Shown one piece after another: positions 1-12,149 of a stretch of DNA of 64,000 nucleotides. Positions within the stretch are counted from its first letter, which is position 1. Every line of letters starts with the position of its first letter. The notes under the pieces were generated by a model, which was not told the origin of the DNA, searched no databases, and saw only the letters and a program-made list of their open reading frames with translations. Origin of the DNA: Hypanus sabinus (lineage: Eukaryota); NCBI RefSeq assembly GCF_030144855.1, contig NC_082711.1, positions 58,838,001 through 58,902,000 of the forward strand, written 5' to 3'. Made by a program: the position numbers and the translations under genes.

Positions 1-156
1 TGTACACTAAGGCATGTGCAGTTTTATTAAACAAGCATGGCTCCTTATGCCTTGCTCCATGAAAATGCTAACCTTGTGGATCACATGATATTTAGCACAA
101 ATCTCTGCACCGTGGTTAGGGTATACACTTCTGTGACAATGAATAAACAGATCCAC

Positions 157-330
157 AGTGGCAGAGTGGTTAGAATAATGCTATTACAGCTACCAAAGAC
201 ACAGGTTCAATTCATCTGCTGTAAGGAGTTTGTCCATTCTCCCCGTGACTGCATGGTGCTCTGTTTTCCTATGTTCCAAAGATGTTAATTTGTCACATGG
301 CTGTAATTGGACAGTATGCTGTATCGCTAA
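157..330 (+). mobile_element. HE1/V-domain-like tRNA SINE
   Basis: gtggcagagtggttag...ggttcaattc...ctgtaaggagtttgtccattctccccgtgactgcatgg. Confidence 0.8.
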
Positions 331-699
331 GTAAAAAAAAATCTAATAAAAACCCAAACCAAAAAGAGTATTATTGAAGAATATAATTATTCAATTTCAT
401 GTATTTAACTTCAGTTATTCAGAAAGAAAATCAATTTATTAAGAGCATTTCAAGATATTCAAATATCCCAAATTGCTTCTCTGCTAATTAATGGAAGAAT
501 ACATGTTGCTGGAATACAGCTTGCCACATTAGCTGTGGACATGCAACTAAACATATACACCGTATGCACGTGGTCTTATATGTTCTATGGCTTGACCACA
601 TTTGTATATTGCAGTATAATTATTTGAAGTTTTTTTTCAAATTAATTTTGCATTGCCAAGAGGAGCAACACATCTCCCCTGAACACAGTATATAACTTC

Positions 700-835
700 T
701 CACAAACAAGAGAAAATCTGCAGATGCTGGAAATCCAAGCAGCAAACACAAAATTGCTGAAAGAACTCAGCAGGCCAGGCAGCATCTATGGACAAAAGTA
801 CAGCCAATGTTTCAGGCTGAGACCTTTCATCCAGA
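700..835 (-). mobile_element. Penelope 3'-end fragment
   Basis: cacaaacaagagaaaatctgcagatgctggaaat...gaactcagcaggccaggcagcatctatgg is homologous to 24948-25084. Confidence 0.85.
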
Positions 836-3800
836 ATTGCAGCGTAATTCAAGCACCTCACGATTGGAGGAAACAGTTTATATTGGCCCGTTTCCGACTG
901 CTGTCCAGTTACTCTTACTGGCAAGCATCAAGCGTCGGTGCCCAAGAGGTATAGTTTACAAGCTGATCTGCTGCGTACGCCTTAGAAAAGATCAAATTTC
1001 AGCACTGGCACTTGCTACCTGGGTGTGAAATCATAGGTGAACAACAGATATATTTAGGCCTTTTGGGGTATTTTGCCTTTTAATTGTGATTATGGCTGAT
1101 GTCTATGATCTATGACAATAGCCAAACACCTAGAACATTAAATCCATTTTTCTTCTCACAGATGCTGTCTGACTGCAGTGCATTTCCTGCATTCTGCTTC
1201 TATGTGAGATTTCTCGCGTTGGCAGTTTTGGTTTTTCATTGCCTGCTTTTAAATAAAGTCATAACTCGAGTGTGATCCCTCATTGTTCAGAGCACCCAGG
1301 CTTTATACCCGCACTGAAAAGAAAACCCACTCCATATAATCATATTGTTGTATCACAGGATCTATACAAACATATAGTTAGAATAAATTATGCACTGAAT
1401 TATTTCTCTCCTCTGACAAATTTATCCTGAGACAGGCCAAAGGAGCTAGTGGAAGATGAGGTACCTAATCTCACAAAATAATAATGTCTCATATCTTTTT
1501 CTCTGCTGACATAAATGAAGAAACTCTCTCTCTCTCTCTTCAGTCAGTCAAGATTCCATCAGCTAAGTCTATGGTTGTTTCTGCCAACACACTCCCTGCC
1601 CTTAGTAAAGCATTCACATTAGACTGCTATAGAAGACAGAAATAAAATAAATTGCTGTTCTGACATTGCATCTTGATAAATTATAGTTTTCCCTGCAATT
1701 CATCAGTAGTCTTCTCATTTCATTCAATAATTGTAAAATTTTTAGTACCAATTACTGAAAAAAATTGGTGAAACCATGGCAACACTGTTTGTTCTTGGAA
1801 TATGGAAGTCTGAATGGAAAAATTCCCACAGAGAACACATGCAACATAACCAAGGCAGCTCCACGATGTCCTTTTTGAATCAATACATTCAAGCTATATT
1901 ATACCCTGGGGGAGGGGAGTTATTATAACCATAGCAACATGAAGGTTAATTATCACAGGCAACAAAGCAAGACTTGTAATGGGAGCTACAAGAAGACAGA
2001 TTGTCACCACAAAAGAAGGAAATCCTTTAAGAAGAAACAGTGAGGAAGTAAGAATGACAATGGGGAATCATGCTACAAAGATATAGTGTGCTCGGGGCAG
2101 GAGATTGACTTATTAATGTTCATCCAGGGTCTTAAAATAAAACCAATCTGAAATGGTTTACGAAAAGAGTTGTAAAGTGATAGCAAAACTAATCGATTTC
2201 TTGGCCCAAACCAACTGGAAAAAGTATACTTTAATAATAAAGAAGATTTTAAAGAGCTTTGGTTAAAAACAAGGCCAACTTTGCTCCACTGCTTTATTTT
2301 CTAAAACTGGAAAGAGTTCACTAAAAATATCACTCGTTATCCAAATCCACTATCCACATAGTGCAAAGCAGATTTTTAAGTCTTCTAACTGGTGAAGGAG
2401 TCAACATTGAATCGAATGCTGACACCCCCTGAGTAAAAACAAAATGGGAATCCAAAATTCTCCCCTGATAAATGCACCATCTGCTGTGGTACTGAGTTTA
2501 TAATAAAATAAGGTCCCAGGTTTGAATTCCCATCTGTTGTTCTCTAATCTCACTTGGATTGTCAGTAGGGCATTACAATTGGCTTCAGTGCCTTGGGGCT
2601 AAAATAACAAACTCCAGTTTTACCTCTTCTTCATGGAATCCTCCCACTTCACCTGTGCCATGCATTATTTATCAGTCCTGGTACAGAAACAGCCACTCCC
2701 TATTAGCTGCTCTTGGCACTTCATAAAACCAGGTGGTGATCAGTCCTGCCCAATTTTCTATGACCCCGAGTGCCTCCTTGACTAATAATCAAAATCTCAA
2801 CATTTCCATTTCTTGAAAGAGCAAATCCACACTGTGGCAAAGAATGTCTCTACAGTAAAATCAAAATGATATAGGAAGCTTTGAACAATGCAGTATCATG
2901 GCATAGGATACCAGAAATGTAATTCTCATAAAATATCAGCAAGTACTGTGTAAGCATTTTCTGTCATTGCTATGTGTGGTTCAAAACTGCATTACAAGAT
3001 ACTGGAAATCCTCTAATGTTCTGAACAATTACCATATAGCTTGCTTAGCACATACATAATGACTGCAGAATCATCAGCAGAAAACAGATACATCAACAAA
3101 AAACGAGTTAATAATAAATAATTATCTTTGAAGTAATCTGCAACTTCTGCTGAATTCAAATTCCCAGCTTTTTATTTTGTGAACTAATAACCTGGCTCTA
3201 TTTATTTTGTTTGATTAATACAAGGTGATTGCACATGCAAGAATTAAAAATATCGGCCCATTCCAAACCTAAATACTTAACAACCAAATAGTCTAATGAG
3301 CCAAACTATTTTGAATGTGTCACTATATGACACAACATTCCACACTTTATAACTGTAAACATAATGGCTTGATGTAACAATAAAGCCATTTCCCTCATTG
3401 CATCTTGCTTCTTAAAACACTATGCATAGCTATTGCGGTACCTAAATAATGCAGACAAGATTCCCTTAAATTTACACCAGGCAGAGGGAATAAAAATAAC
3501 TTTTCATTTATATATAGTTCACTATACCTACACGACATTTATAAAGCAGTCAATTGGACTTGATCAGTTAACATTTATGTTGTCTTTACATGAATGCTAG
3601 CTATTGAAATTTATACTAATGGAAATAGGACATCAATAGTAAGATGTGTGTAAACAAAGCCTTTTCCCCAAAGTATACATTCAGTTAAAGGCTAAATTAG
3701 GCTAGAGATATACTGAAGCGAGCACGGCACATTGGCATTGCAGACAAATACCATCAATCTGTTCAGTTTGGACCTCTGGTGCTGTACACAGTTGCACATT

Positions 3801-3911
3801 CTTCCTGTGACCAGTTTCCCTGCTTTCTCTCACAGCACTAAGTTGTTGGGTTAATTAACTGAAAAGTAACCCAGGCATATAGAGCTACTCAAAAAATTGG
3901 GAGATGCGATT

Positions 3912-4395
3912 AACATAGAACAGTACAGCATAGCACAGGCTTTCTGGCCAATGATATTTTACTATATAAACCTACTCAGAGATCCCTCTAATCCTTCCTT
4001 CCTTCCTACATAACCCATAACCCTCCACTTTTTTTTTACATACATGTGTCTATTTAAGTCATTTAAATACCCATATTGTATCAACCTCGATCACCACCCC
4101 AGCAGTGCAGTCCAAGAACTAACCATGCTCGGTATACCTCTGACATCTCTGCTAAACACCTTTGGTATTGGGCATTGCCGCCCTGGGGAAAAAATGTTGG
4201 CTGTCCACTCTATCTACGTCTCTCATAATCTTATGCACGTCTGTCAGGTCACCTCTCAAACTCTGTCACTCCAAGGACAAAAGCCCTAGCTTACTCAACC
4301 TTTCCTGATAAGACATGCTCTATAATTCAGGCATCCCTGTAAACCTACTCTGCTCCTTCTCTAAGGCATCCACATCCGTTTTATAATGAGATATG
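3912..4395 (-). mobile_element. CR1 LINE 3' fragment
   Basis: aacatagaacagtacagcatagcacaggc tail and tctcataatcttatgcac...ctccaagg...aacctttcctgataagacatg. Confidence 0.82.
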
Positions 4396-4559
4396 TATGA
4401 GAGAATAGGCTTTAGGGACATGAGAGGAATTAGGATTGCTTAGAGCTGACATTGACTAGATGAACCAAATTGTCTCCTACGTTAAAATTCTTATGATATT
4501 TGCTGTGAAGTTGTTGATTTGCATAAGAATACTCTAATGGATCTTCAAAGTGCAGCAGT

Positions 4560-4895
4560 TTTTCTGCTGGTACAGCTCTTGCCTGAGTCAGAAGATCCAT
4601 ATTTTAATTCCTTCTTCAGAGAACCAAGGGCAAAAATCTCTGAATACCTGCCAGAACAATACTGAGGGTGCTGCACTGTTGGGTATGATCTGAGACAACG
4701 GCCCCCGGGGTTTTCTCAGATAGCTATTAAAGAAATAGGCCTTATTTTGAAAATCAGGGTGATTCTCCCTGGAGTGATGACTGATGCATTCTTCAACCAA
4801 ATTCTCAGACAGACTAGTCATTAATTCACATTGATGGCTGCGAATATTGGTGTGCTGAAGCAAACATAGCTTCTACACTACAAAAATAACTTCAA
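4560..4895 (+). mobile_element. Deu-domain SINE (AmnSINE1/SacSINE1-like); tail resumes at about 5570-5630
   Basis: tactgagggtgctgcactgtt...ttctccctggagtg...tcaaccaa...gtcattaattcacattg resembles the Deu domain. Identified from memory of the consensus. Confidence 0.6.
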
Positions 4896-4899
4896 ATAA

Positions 4900-5560
4900 A
4901 AAAGTCAATAAAATAATTATCAAAGTACATATATGACCCTGACATATATTTTCTTACGGACATACTCAATAAATCCATAATAGAACAATAACCAAAATAG
5001 AATCACTGAAAGACCACACCAACATGTGCAAATACAAAACAAAGAAATAATAATAAATTAATAAGCAACAAATATCAAGAATATGAGATGAAGAGCCATT
5101 GAACATGAGTCCATAGGTTGTGGGAACAGTGCAGTGACGGGGCAAGTGAAGTTGAATGAAGTTATCCCCTTTGGTTCAAGCGCCTGATGGTGGAGTGGTA
5201 ATAACTGTTCCTTAACCTGGTGGTGTGAGTCCTGAGGCTCCTGTACCTTCTTCCTGATGGCAGCAGTGAGAAGATAACATGGCGTGGGTGGTGGGGGTCG
5301 CTGATGATGAATGCTGCTTTCCTGTGACTATGCTTCATGTACTTGTGCTCAATGGTGGGGAGGGCTTTTACCTCTGATAGACTGGGCCAAATCCACTACT
5401 TTTTGTAGGATTTGCCATACAAGGGTATTGGGGTTTCCATGCTAGGCTGTGAAGCAGCCAGTCAGAATACTCTCCGCCACACATCTATACAAGTTCATCT
5501 AAGTTTTAGATGTCATGCCAAATCTTTACAAACTCCTAAGGAAGTAGAAGTTTACAGAAC
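4900..5560 (-). mobile_element. Rex1/Babar LINE 3' fragment
   Basis: Reverse complement of LLPSGRRY-coding sequence (ctgtaccttcttcctgatggcag). Interrupts a Deu-domain SINE. Confidence 0.8.
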
Positions 5561-7399
5561 ACTTCCGTAGCCATAAGCTACTTAGTGATATGTTGGAGGG
5601 ATATGAAAACACACAATATAAATGTATACACACCCTTCTTTCATTTTTACATTCCTTTTATGTCCAGTTATATAAATGCATGCAAAATCTCAGCAGGCTG
5701 AAGATGTACATATGTGTGTGGGCGAGGAGAAACCTGTGGCTAGTAGATAGCAAGGTACATTGAGTGATCCAGTTACTAGCACCATTTCCAATTTGTGAAT
5801 TGCACATTGTCATTGCAATCAGACTGACTGTAACCCTTGAGACTTGGAAAAAAACGTCTATTGCATTCACAACTCTCTGCTTCACTGTCTAGTTTAGGAT
5901 GGAATCGTAACTATGGTTAGGATGTCATGAAATGACTTTCATGGGCAGTTATCTACAAAGGCCACAGAACTGTCCCCAAAATTAGGGAAACTCCTGCAGC
6001 AGAGTAGTTACTTCGGCAAATAATAGAGTTTAAATCTCAAGTCTTTGAGCTAAATGATATCATATAGGACAGCAGCTCTTTCAGGTCATGGGCAAAGGAA
6101 TGAAGTATCCCCCGGGCACCCTTTCCTGATCACCATTCACCAAGTACCATGGTGAATGTTTATCTACACATTGTGTAAGGGCATGGCCCAACACAACTTG
6201 TGGTTTCCTCAAAAGTTTTATGTTCTGTCCTTTCTTGTTTAATATTATGAAAGGGCAAACTTCTTGGCAAAAGCACCTGAAAATTGCAAGTATTGGTTGA
6301 GCTCTAACATAAGCTACAGCATCCAGAAAATGAAAATGGGAAGTTTCCTATTTCTGTAATGTTTGTATTATGGATTACGTTACTGTGCCTAGATAGGATC
6401 AGCTAGCCACATCCTGAACAAAATACATGAACTGTATAAATTGCTGCAAATTATGCAGAAAACCTCTGAAAAAAAGAATTCAATGGAATAATGTTCAGCA
6501 TGTGTACTAAGAGCCCTCTGTGTTCCCTTTTACCATTGCAAAGAACAAAGTTAAATTCTTTCAAAGAACTATGGAAATGTTGGTCATTTAGCCAGTCAGT
6601 CTGTATCAGTGTTTACTCTCATATGAACAAATAATTCCAAATGAATTTATCCACTCTGCACATAACCATTCAAGCCATTTGCTGCGTCAACTTATCTGAC
6701 CCAATCATAAAATTTTGATATATCCCCTCAAACACTGTGCCATCGCTTCTCCTGCCCTCTTCTTAAAGAGAACCTTTCATCTATGCTTGCCTCTTTGACC
6801 AATGGAGCCAGCTTGCTTCCAGTTATAGCGTCCCATTTTTCTATATTAACACCTTACCCTATTGTACCTGCTTCCACTGCTTCCCAGACCAAGACACTCC
6901 AGTCACCCATCCCTCTCCTATATTTATATATATAATCATTTAAATTTTCTCCTCTCACTTAAAGCAATACCTGTTCACTAACTTTTGGCTCTACTTCATT
7001 GTAACAAGTACACAAACTCTAAAAAAGGCAAACTCAAGACCAAAAAGGTATTACTAAAACCTACCGAATGAGACTAATTCTTTCCTTAAATGAGTTTCAA
7101 TGGAATTATTATTCAAACTGACAATTCAATTCAGGTTTTAGTTTGGCTTTATTGACATAGGTGTTCTAACATTCTACAGGTGCTAGGGAATGATACAAAA
7201 CATTTTAAAAGCAAGGTGGTAAAAAAATGGATGACTCTGCCTTATATTGAATAGAAGCAGTCCTTGGAACTTAAAAGTTATCAGCCTCTAAATTATTTGG
7301 TTCAATAGATAGGTTAGAATTGGATCAACTCCCTCATATACAATCAGAGTTCGGTACCTTCTCATGAAAATAAGAACTATACCAGAAAACAGCCATTAC

Positions 7400-7945
7400 C
7401 AAGTCAAAATTGGCCAATATCATCAGCTGCATTACAGCCTGGTATAAGAATGCCTTTGAGCTGAAAATCCTGCAAAATGTAGTGGATTTGGCCCAGTACA
7501 TCATGGATAAACTCCTCCCAACAACTGAGCACATCTACATGAAACATTACCGTAGAAAAGGAGCATCCAACATCAAAATCCTCACCACTGAAGCCATGCT
7601 CTTTTCTTGCTGCTACCATCAGGTAGAAGGTACAAATGCCTCAGGATTCACACCACCAAGAACATCTACTACCCTTCAACCACCAGGCTCTTGAACAAAA
7701 GGGATAACTACACTCACTCTATTTCTGATGCTCTCACAACTGATGGTCTCACTTTATGGACTCTTTATCTTGTTATTTCATGCTCATTATTGATTGCTAT
7801 TTATTTATATTTGCATTTGTACAGTTTGTTGTTCATTGATCCTGTTTACAGTTACTGCTCTAAGTATGCCCACAGGAAAAAAGAATCTCAGGGTTGTAGG
7901 TGGTGACATATACACACACCGATAATACATTTTACTGTGAACTTC
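7400..7945 (+). mobile_element. Rex1/Babar LINE 3' fragment
   Basis: SCITAWY...LQNVV...LLPSGRRY...STTRLLN plus the characteristic 3' tail. Confidence 0.85.
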
Positions 7946-8239
7946 TGCCCTATAAACTGTTTGGCACATTTAATTTGGTAAAGAGTTTGTACAGTTTGCT
8001 TAGCTGTAGCAGCATGTCACTTGGCTACCATTTTGAGAACTTTGAAAAGATTCATATCTTACTGCTAGGAGGGCTCAATTCATTCATACCAATAATACAG
8101 TTGAGCTTCAGAGATGACCTATCTAAAGAAAATGGTACAATAATAATTGTTTAGTACAATTGATAATGGACAATAATATTAATAATACTGTTCTCTCCTC
8201 ATCTAACTCTATCACCCACTGAGGTAGATCAGGAGAGAA

Positions 8240-8240
<1 letters not shown>

Positions 8241-8273
<33 letters not shown>
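8241..8273 (+). repeat. (ATT)n microsatellite
   Basis: 11 ATT units, seen directly. Confidence 0.95.
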
Positions 8274-8409
8274 GACCATGGTCTTTACCTCCCATCTCCA
8301 GCCCCCTGGCTCCATCTCATCCCTCTCTCTCACATCTTTCTATCTTTGATATCTCTTGTTTTCCTTTTCAAAGTTCTTTTGATGACTCTGACCCAGAGTT
8401 ACACTGACT

Positions 8410-9075
8410 TCGGTTCTTCGCGGGAATGGGACCCGCTCTCAGGGCCTCACAACTGTCCACTTTTTGACATCCCAAGGATGCGGCCTGGAAGACTAGCATG
8501 CCTTCAGGGTGCCGGATGTTCGTGACTCTGGAAACAGGCTGATTCAAGGGCGGTGCCCATGACGAAGGCGTCGCAGGAGAACATGGAACATTGGGAGCAG
8601 CAGGTTAGCTGCCGGCTATGCGTCCGGAGACTTGGGCTCTCTGGGTGCAGAGCTCAGAAAAATCGAAGCAACAGACTTTTAACATCATAAATCAGTGAGT
8701 CGTCTGTTATGTCTCCCCTCTTGCTGTGAAACAAATACACCTCTTTTTCCCTTATTGGAGGGGGGGGGAGGAGAGCGAGAGAGAGCGAGAGAGATATGTC
8801 GAATTACAGGGTGAACGAGTATTCTTTGGAGTACTGCAAGTCTGTGTCTTCACTGATGCTTTGCTGCACACCTGAGTACTCGGTGGGGGACACTGATGCT
8901 TTTTTGCTGGTGGGCTTGCTGCTGCTTGTGCATGGGAGGGGGGGAGCTCTCAGGTTCTAACGTTTAACAGTAATTCATTCTTTGGGGCACTCCTTTTTTT
9001 CATGGATGCTTGCGAAGAAAATGAATTTCAGGATGTATACTGTATACATTTCTCAGACATTAAATGCACCTGTTG
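8410..9075 (+). mobile_element. Non-autonomous retroelement: CpG-rich body plus a Rex/Babar-type 3' tail
   Basis: CpG-rich non-coding 5' part. Ends gaatttcaggatgtatactgtatacatttctcagacattaaa, similar to the LINE tails at 7880-7940 and 15130-15190. Confidence 0.55.
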
Positions 9076-10491
9076 ACCGTCTTTATACTGGTCATCTACA
9101 CTTAGTCCTGATGCAGAACCTCAATGTGAAATGTCAACCTTCCTTGGATAATACCTGACCAAATGAAGCTCAGTTTGAACCACCACAGTTTGCTTTTTTT
9201 GGCTGCAGAATAAAGCATCTCCATAAACAGTTAAAAGATTTTGCAGAGATGTAACAAATAATCTGCTCACAGTGCTATTTGCCCATAACAAATGGTGATG
9301 AAGTGCTTTGAGAGGTTGGTCATGGCTAGAATGAACCGCCTCAGCAAGGACCTGGACCCACTGCATTTTGCCTATCATCACAATAGGTCAACGGCAGACA
9401 CAATCTCAATGGCTCCTTGCACAGCCTTAGAACACCTGGACAATACAAACTGGACGCTGTTCGATGACCATAGCTCAGAGTTTAACACCATGATTCCCAC
9501 AATCCTGATTGGTAAGATACAGAACCTGCGCCTCTGCACCTACCTCTGCAATTGGATCCTCTACTTCCTAACCAGAAGGTCACAATCTGTGCGAATTGAT
9601 AATATCTCCTTCTCGCTAATGATCAACACTGGTGCACCTCAGGGGTGTGCCTTTAGCCCACTGCTTTACTCCCTCTATACCCATGACTATATGGCTAGGT
9701 ATGCCTCAAATGCCATCTATACATTCGCTGATGATACAACCATTGTTGGCAGAATCTCAGATTGAGATGAGCGGGCTCATAGAAGCAAGATATACCAACT
9801 AGTTGAGTGATGTTGCAGCAAGAGCCTTAAACAAAAGTGTTGATCGTGGACTTCGGGAAAATGAACCAATCCTCAGAGGGATCAGAAGTTGAGAGAGTGA
9901 GCAATTTCAAGTTCTTGGGTGTCAAGAGAACACCCAAGAACTGAGAATCTGAGATCCCAAGATCTGAGGGTCTAACCTGGTCCCCACACATCAATGTAGT
10001 TTTAAAGAAGGGAAAACAGTGGTTATATTTCATTAGGAGTTTGAAGAAATTTGACTTGTCACCTAAAACACTTGAAAACCTCTATAGATATACAATGGAG
10101 AGCATTCTGACAGGTTGCATCACTATCTGGTATGGAGATTAGGGGTGCAATGGGGGCTACCACACAGAAAGAAGGTACAGAAAGTTGTAAAATTAGTCAG
10201 CTCCATTTTAGAAACCAGCCTCTGTAGTATCCAAGCCACCTTCAAGGTGCAATGCCTTCGAAAGGAGGTGTCCATTATTAAGGACTCCCATCACCCACAA
10301 CATGCCCTCTTCTCATTGTTACCATCAGGAGGGAGGTACAGAAGCCTTAAGGCACACACAGAGCAATTCAGGAACAGCTTTTTCCCCTCTGCCATACGAA
10401 TCCTAAATGGACACTGAACCCATGAACACTATTAAATATCTTATTTCTGTTTTGCACTATTTTTAATCTAGCTATTTAATATACATATAAA

Positions 10492-10686
10492 TTGTGTTGG
10501 TGTGTGGCCAAGTGGTTAAGGCGTTCATCTAGTGACCTGAAGGTCGCTAGTTCGAGCCTTGGCTGAGGCTTTGTGTGTCCTTGAGCAAGGCACTTAACCA
10601 CACATTGCTCTGCGACGACACCGGTGCCAAGCTGTATGGGTCCTAATGCCCTTCCCTTGGACAACGTCGGTGGCGTGGAGAGGGGA

Positions 10687-10690
<4 letters not shown>
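10492..10690 (+). mobile_element. tRNA-derived SINE (young, 3'-truncated) in a (TA)n tract
   Basis: A box TGGCCAAGTGG, B box AGTTCGAGCC, central GTGTCCTTGAGCAAGGCACTTAACC. CpGs retained. Confidence 0.85.

Positions 10691-10733
<43 letters not shown>
10690..10733 (+). repeat. (TA)n(CA)n microsatellite
   Basis: Seen directly. Confidence 0.95.
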
Positions 10734-11329
10734 TCTATATATATTGCAATTGATTTACTTATTTATTTTTTCTCTATATTACTATGTATTGCATTGTACT
10801 GCTGCTGCTAAGTTAACACATTTCACGACACATACCATTGATAATAAATCTGATTCTGATTGATAATAAATCTGATTCTGATTCTATTCTTTCAGATTAC
10901 ATTATCTTTTCCGGCTCCACGTCATTGTAACAACTGGAAAATATGAGCAAACACAGAAGGCCCAATCCCACTATGTAGAATGCATTAATCACAGTTGGGT
11001 GTACAGGAACAGTGGCAGACAGTAATTTTACAAGGTTGCTTACCAGAATATCCAAAGCAAATGTGGAAATTGAAGAGGTAATGTTTCCATTAGTTCTGTA
11101 GTCAAGAGGCATTGTCAATATATAGAAAAGTAAACAGAAGATTTGAAATTGGGAGAGAAATATATTAGAATAATACCAAGACAAAGTACAATACAGGAGG
11201 CTATTTGGCCAATGATACTACATACAATTCATACATAGTTTTGCAAAAATTTATCCCCTTAATTCCCTTAAAAATTATTGAAACACTCATCACCATCATC
11301 TCAAATGCAGTATTCTGGATCAGAACTAA

Positions 11330-11512
11330 ACCAGAATGAGCTGAGAATACTCAGCAAGTGTGCAAAGAAAAAGTAAATTGCTTTAGGTCTCCAAATTTTC
11401 ATAAGAATTGTAATATTAACTCATTCTCTCTGTTGAGGTATTGTATAATCTGCTGTGTCTTTCTAGCATTTTACAATTTTATTTCAGATCTCCAGCGTCT
11501 ACAGTGTTTTTG
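11330..11512. mobile_element. Old Penelope-end fold-back fragment
   Basis: gctgagaatactcagcaag followed by ctgctgtgtctttctagcattt...tcagatctccagcgtctacag. Confidence 0.55.
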
Positions 11513-11569
11513 TTGTAAACGTTCTCTCATCCTTCATCTGGTGCAATTGTGACCCTTCTATATTTTTCA

Positions 11570-12090
11570 TCTCAGCCCCAGTTTCCTGACTTCTCCCCAT
11601 ACTCCCTCATGCCCTAACCAGTCAAGAATCTAATCACCACTGCCTTAAGTACACATAAAGACTTGGCGTCCACAGCTGCCTATGGTAAAGACTTCCACAG
11701 ATTCACTACTCTCTGGCTAAAGAAGCTCCTCTTCATCTCTGCTCTAAAAGGATGCCCCTTTATTCTGAGGCTGTATCCTCTGGTCTTAGACACTGCCACC
11801 TTAGGAAACATCCTTTTCACATCCATTCTATCAAGGCCTTTCACCATTCGATAGGTTTCGATTAGGTCACCCTTCGTTCTTCTAAATTCCAGTGAATACA
11901 AGTCCAGAGCCATCAAATGCTCTTCGTATGACAAACAGTTTAATTCTGGAATCATCTTCGTGAACCTCCTTTGAACCCTCTACAGTTTCAGCACATCCTT
12001 TCCAAGGTAAGGGGCCCCAAACTGCACACAATACTCCAAGTGAGGCCTCACCAGTACTTTATAAAGTCTCAATATCACATCCTTGCTTTT
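11570..12090 (-). mobile_element. CR1 LINE 3' fragment
   Basis: YEEHLMALDLYSLEFRRTKGDLIETY...FFSQRVVNLW. Confidence 0.9.
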
Positions 12091-12149
12091 TATATTTTAA
12101 GTAACTCTGCATCCTCTAAAATTATGACACCTTGCTTAAAATGTGATGT

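Larger units (their letters stand above)
9285..10885 (+). mobile_element. Rex1/Babar LINE, 5'-truncated RT plus 3' UTR
   Basis: MKCFERLVM...LDPLHFAY...NRST...TGAPQGCAFSPLLYSLYTHD...FADDTTIVG...RNSFFPSAIRILN, with an (ATTCTG)n tail. Contains stops and frameshifts. Confidence 0.92.

Noticed and set aside
1950-2330. Possible very old LINE RT remnant (G*KQGQLCSTALF)
   Set aside because: One weak motif is not enough to support a call without an alignment.
10492-10570. tRNA gene
   Set aside because: A and B boxes are present, but there is no acceptor stem and the sequence continues into a SINE body.
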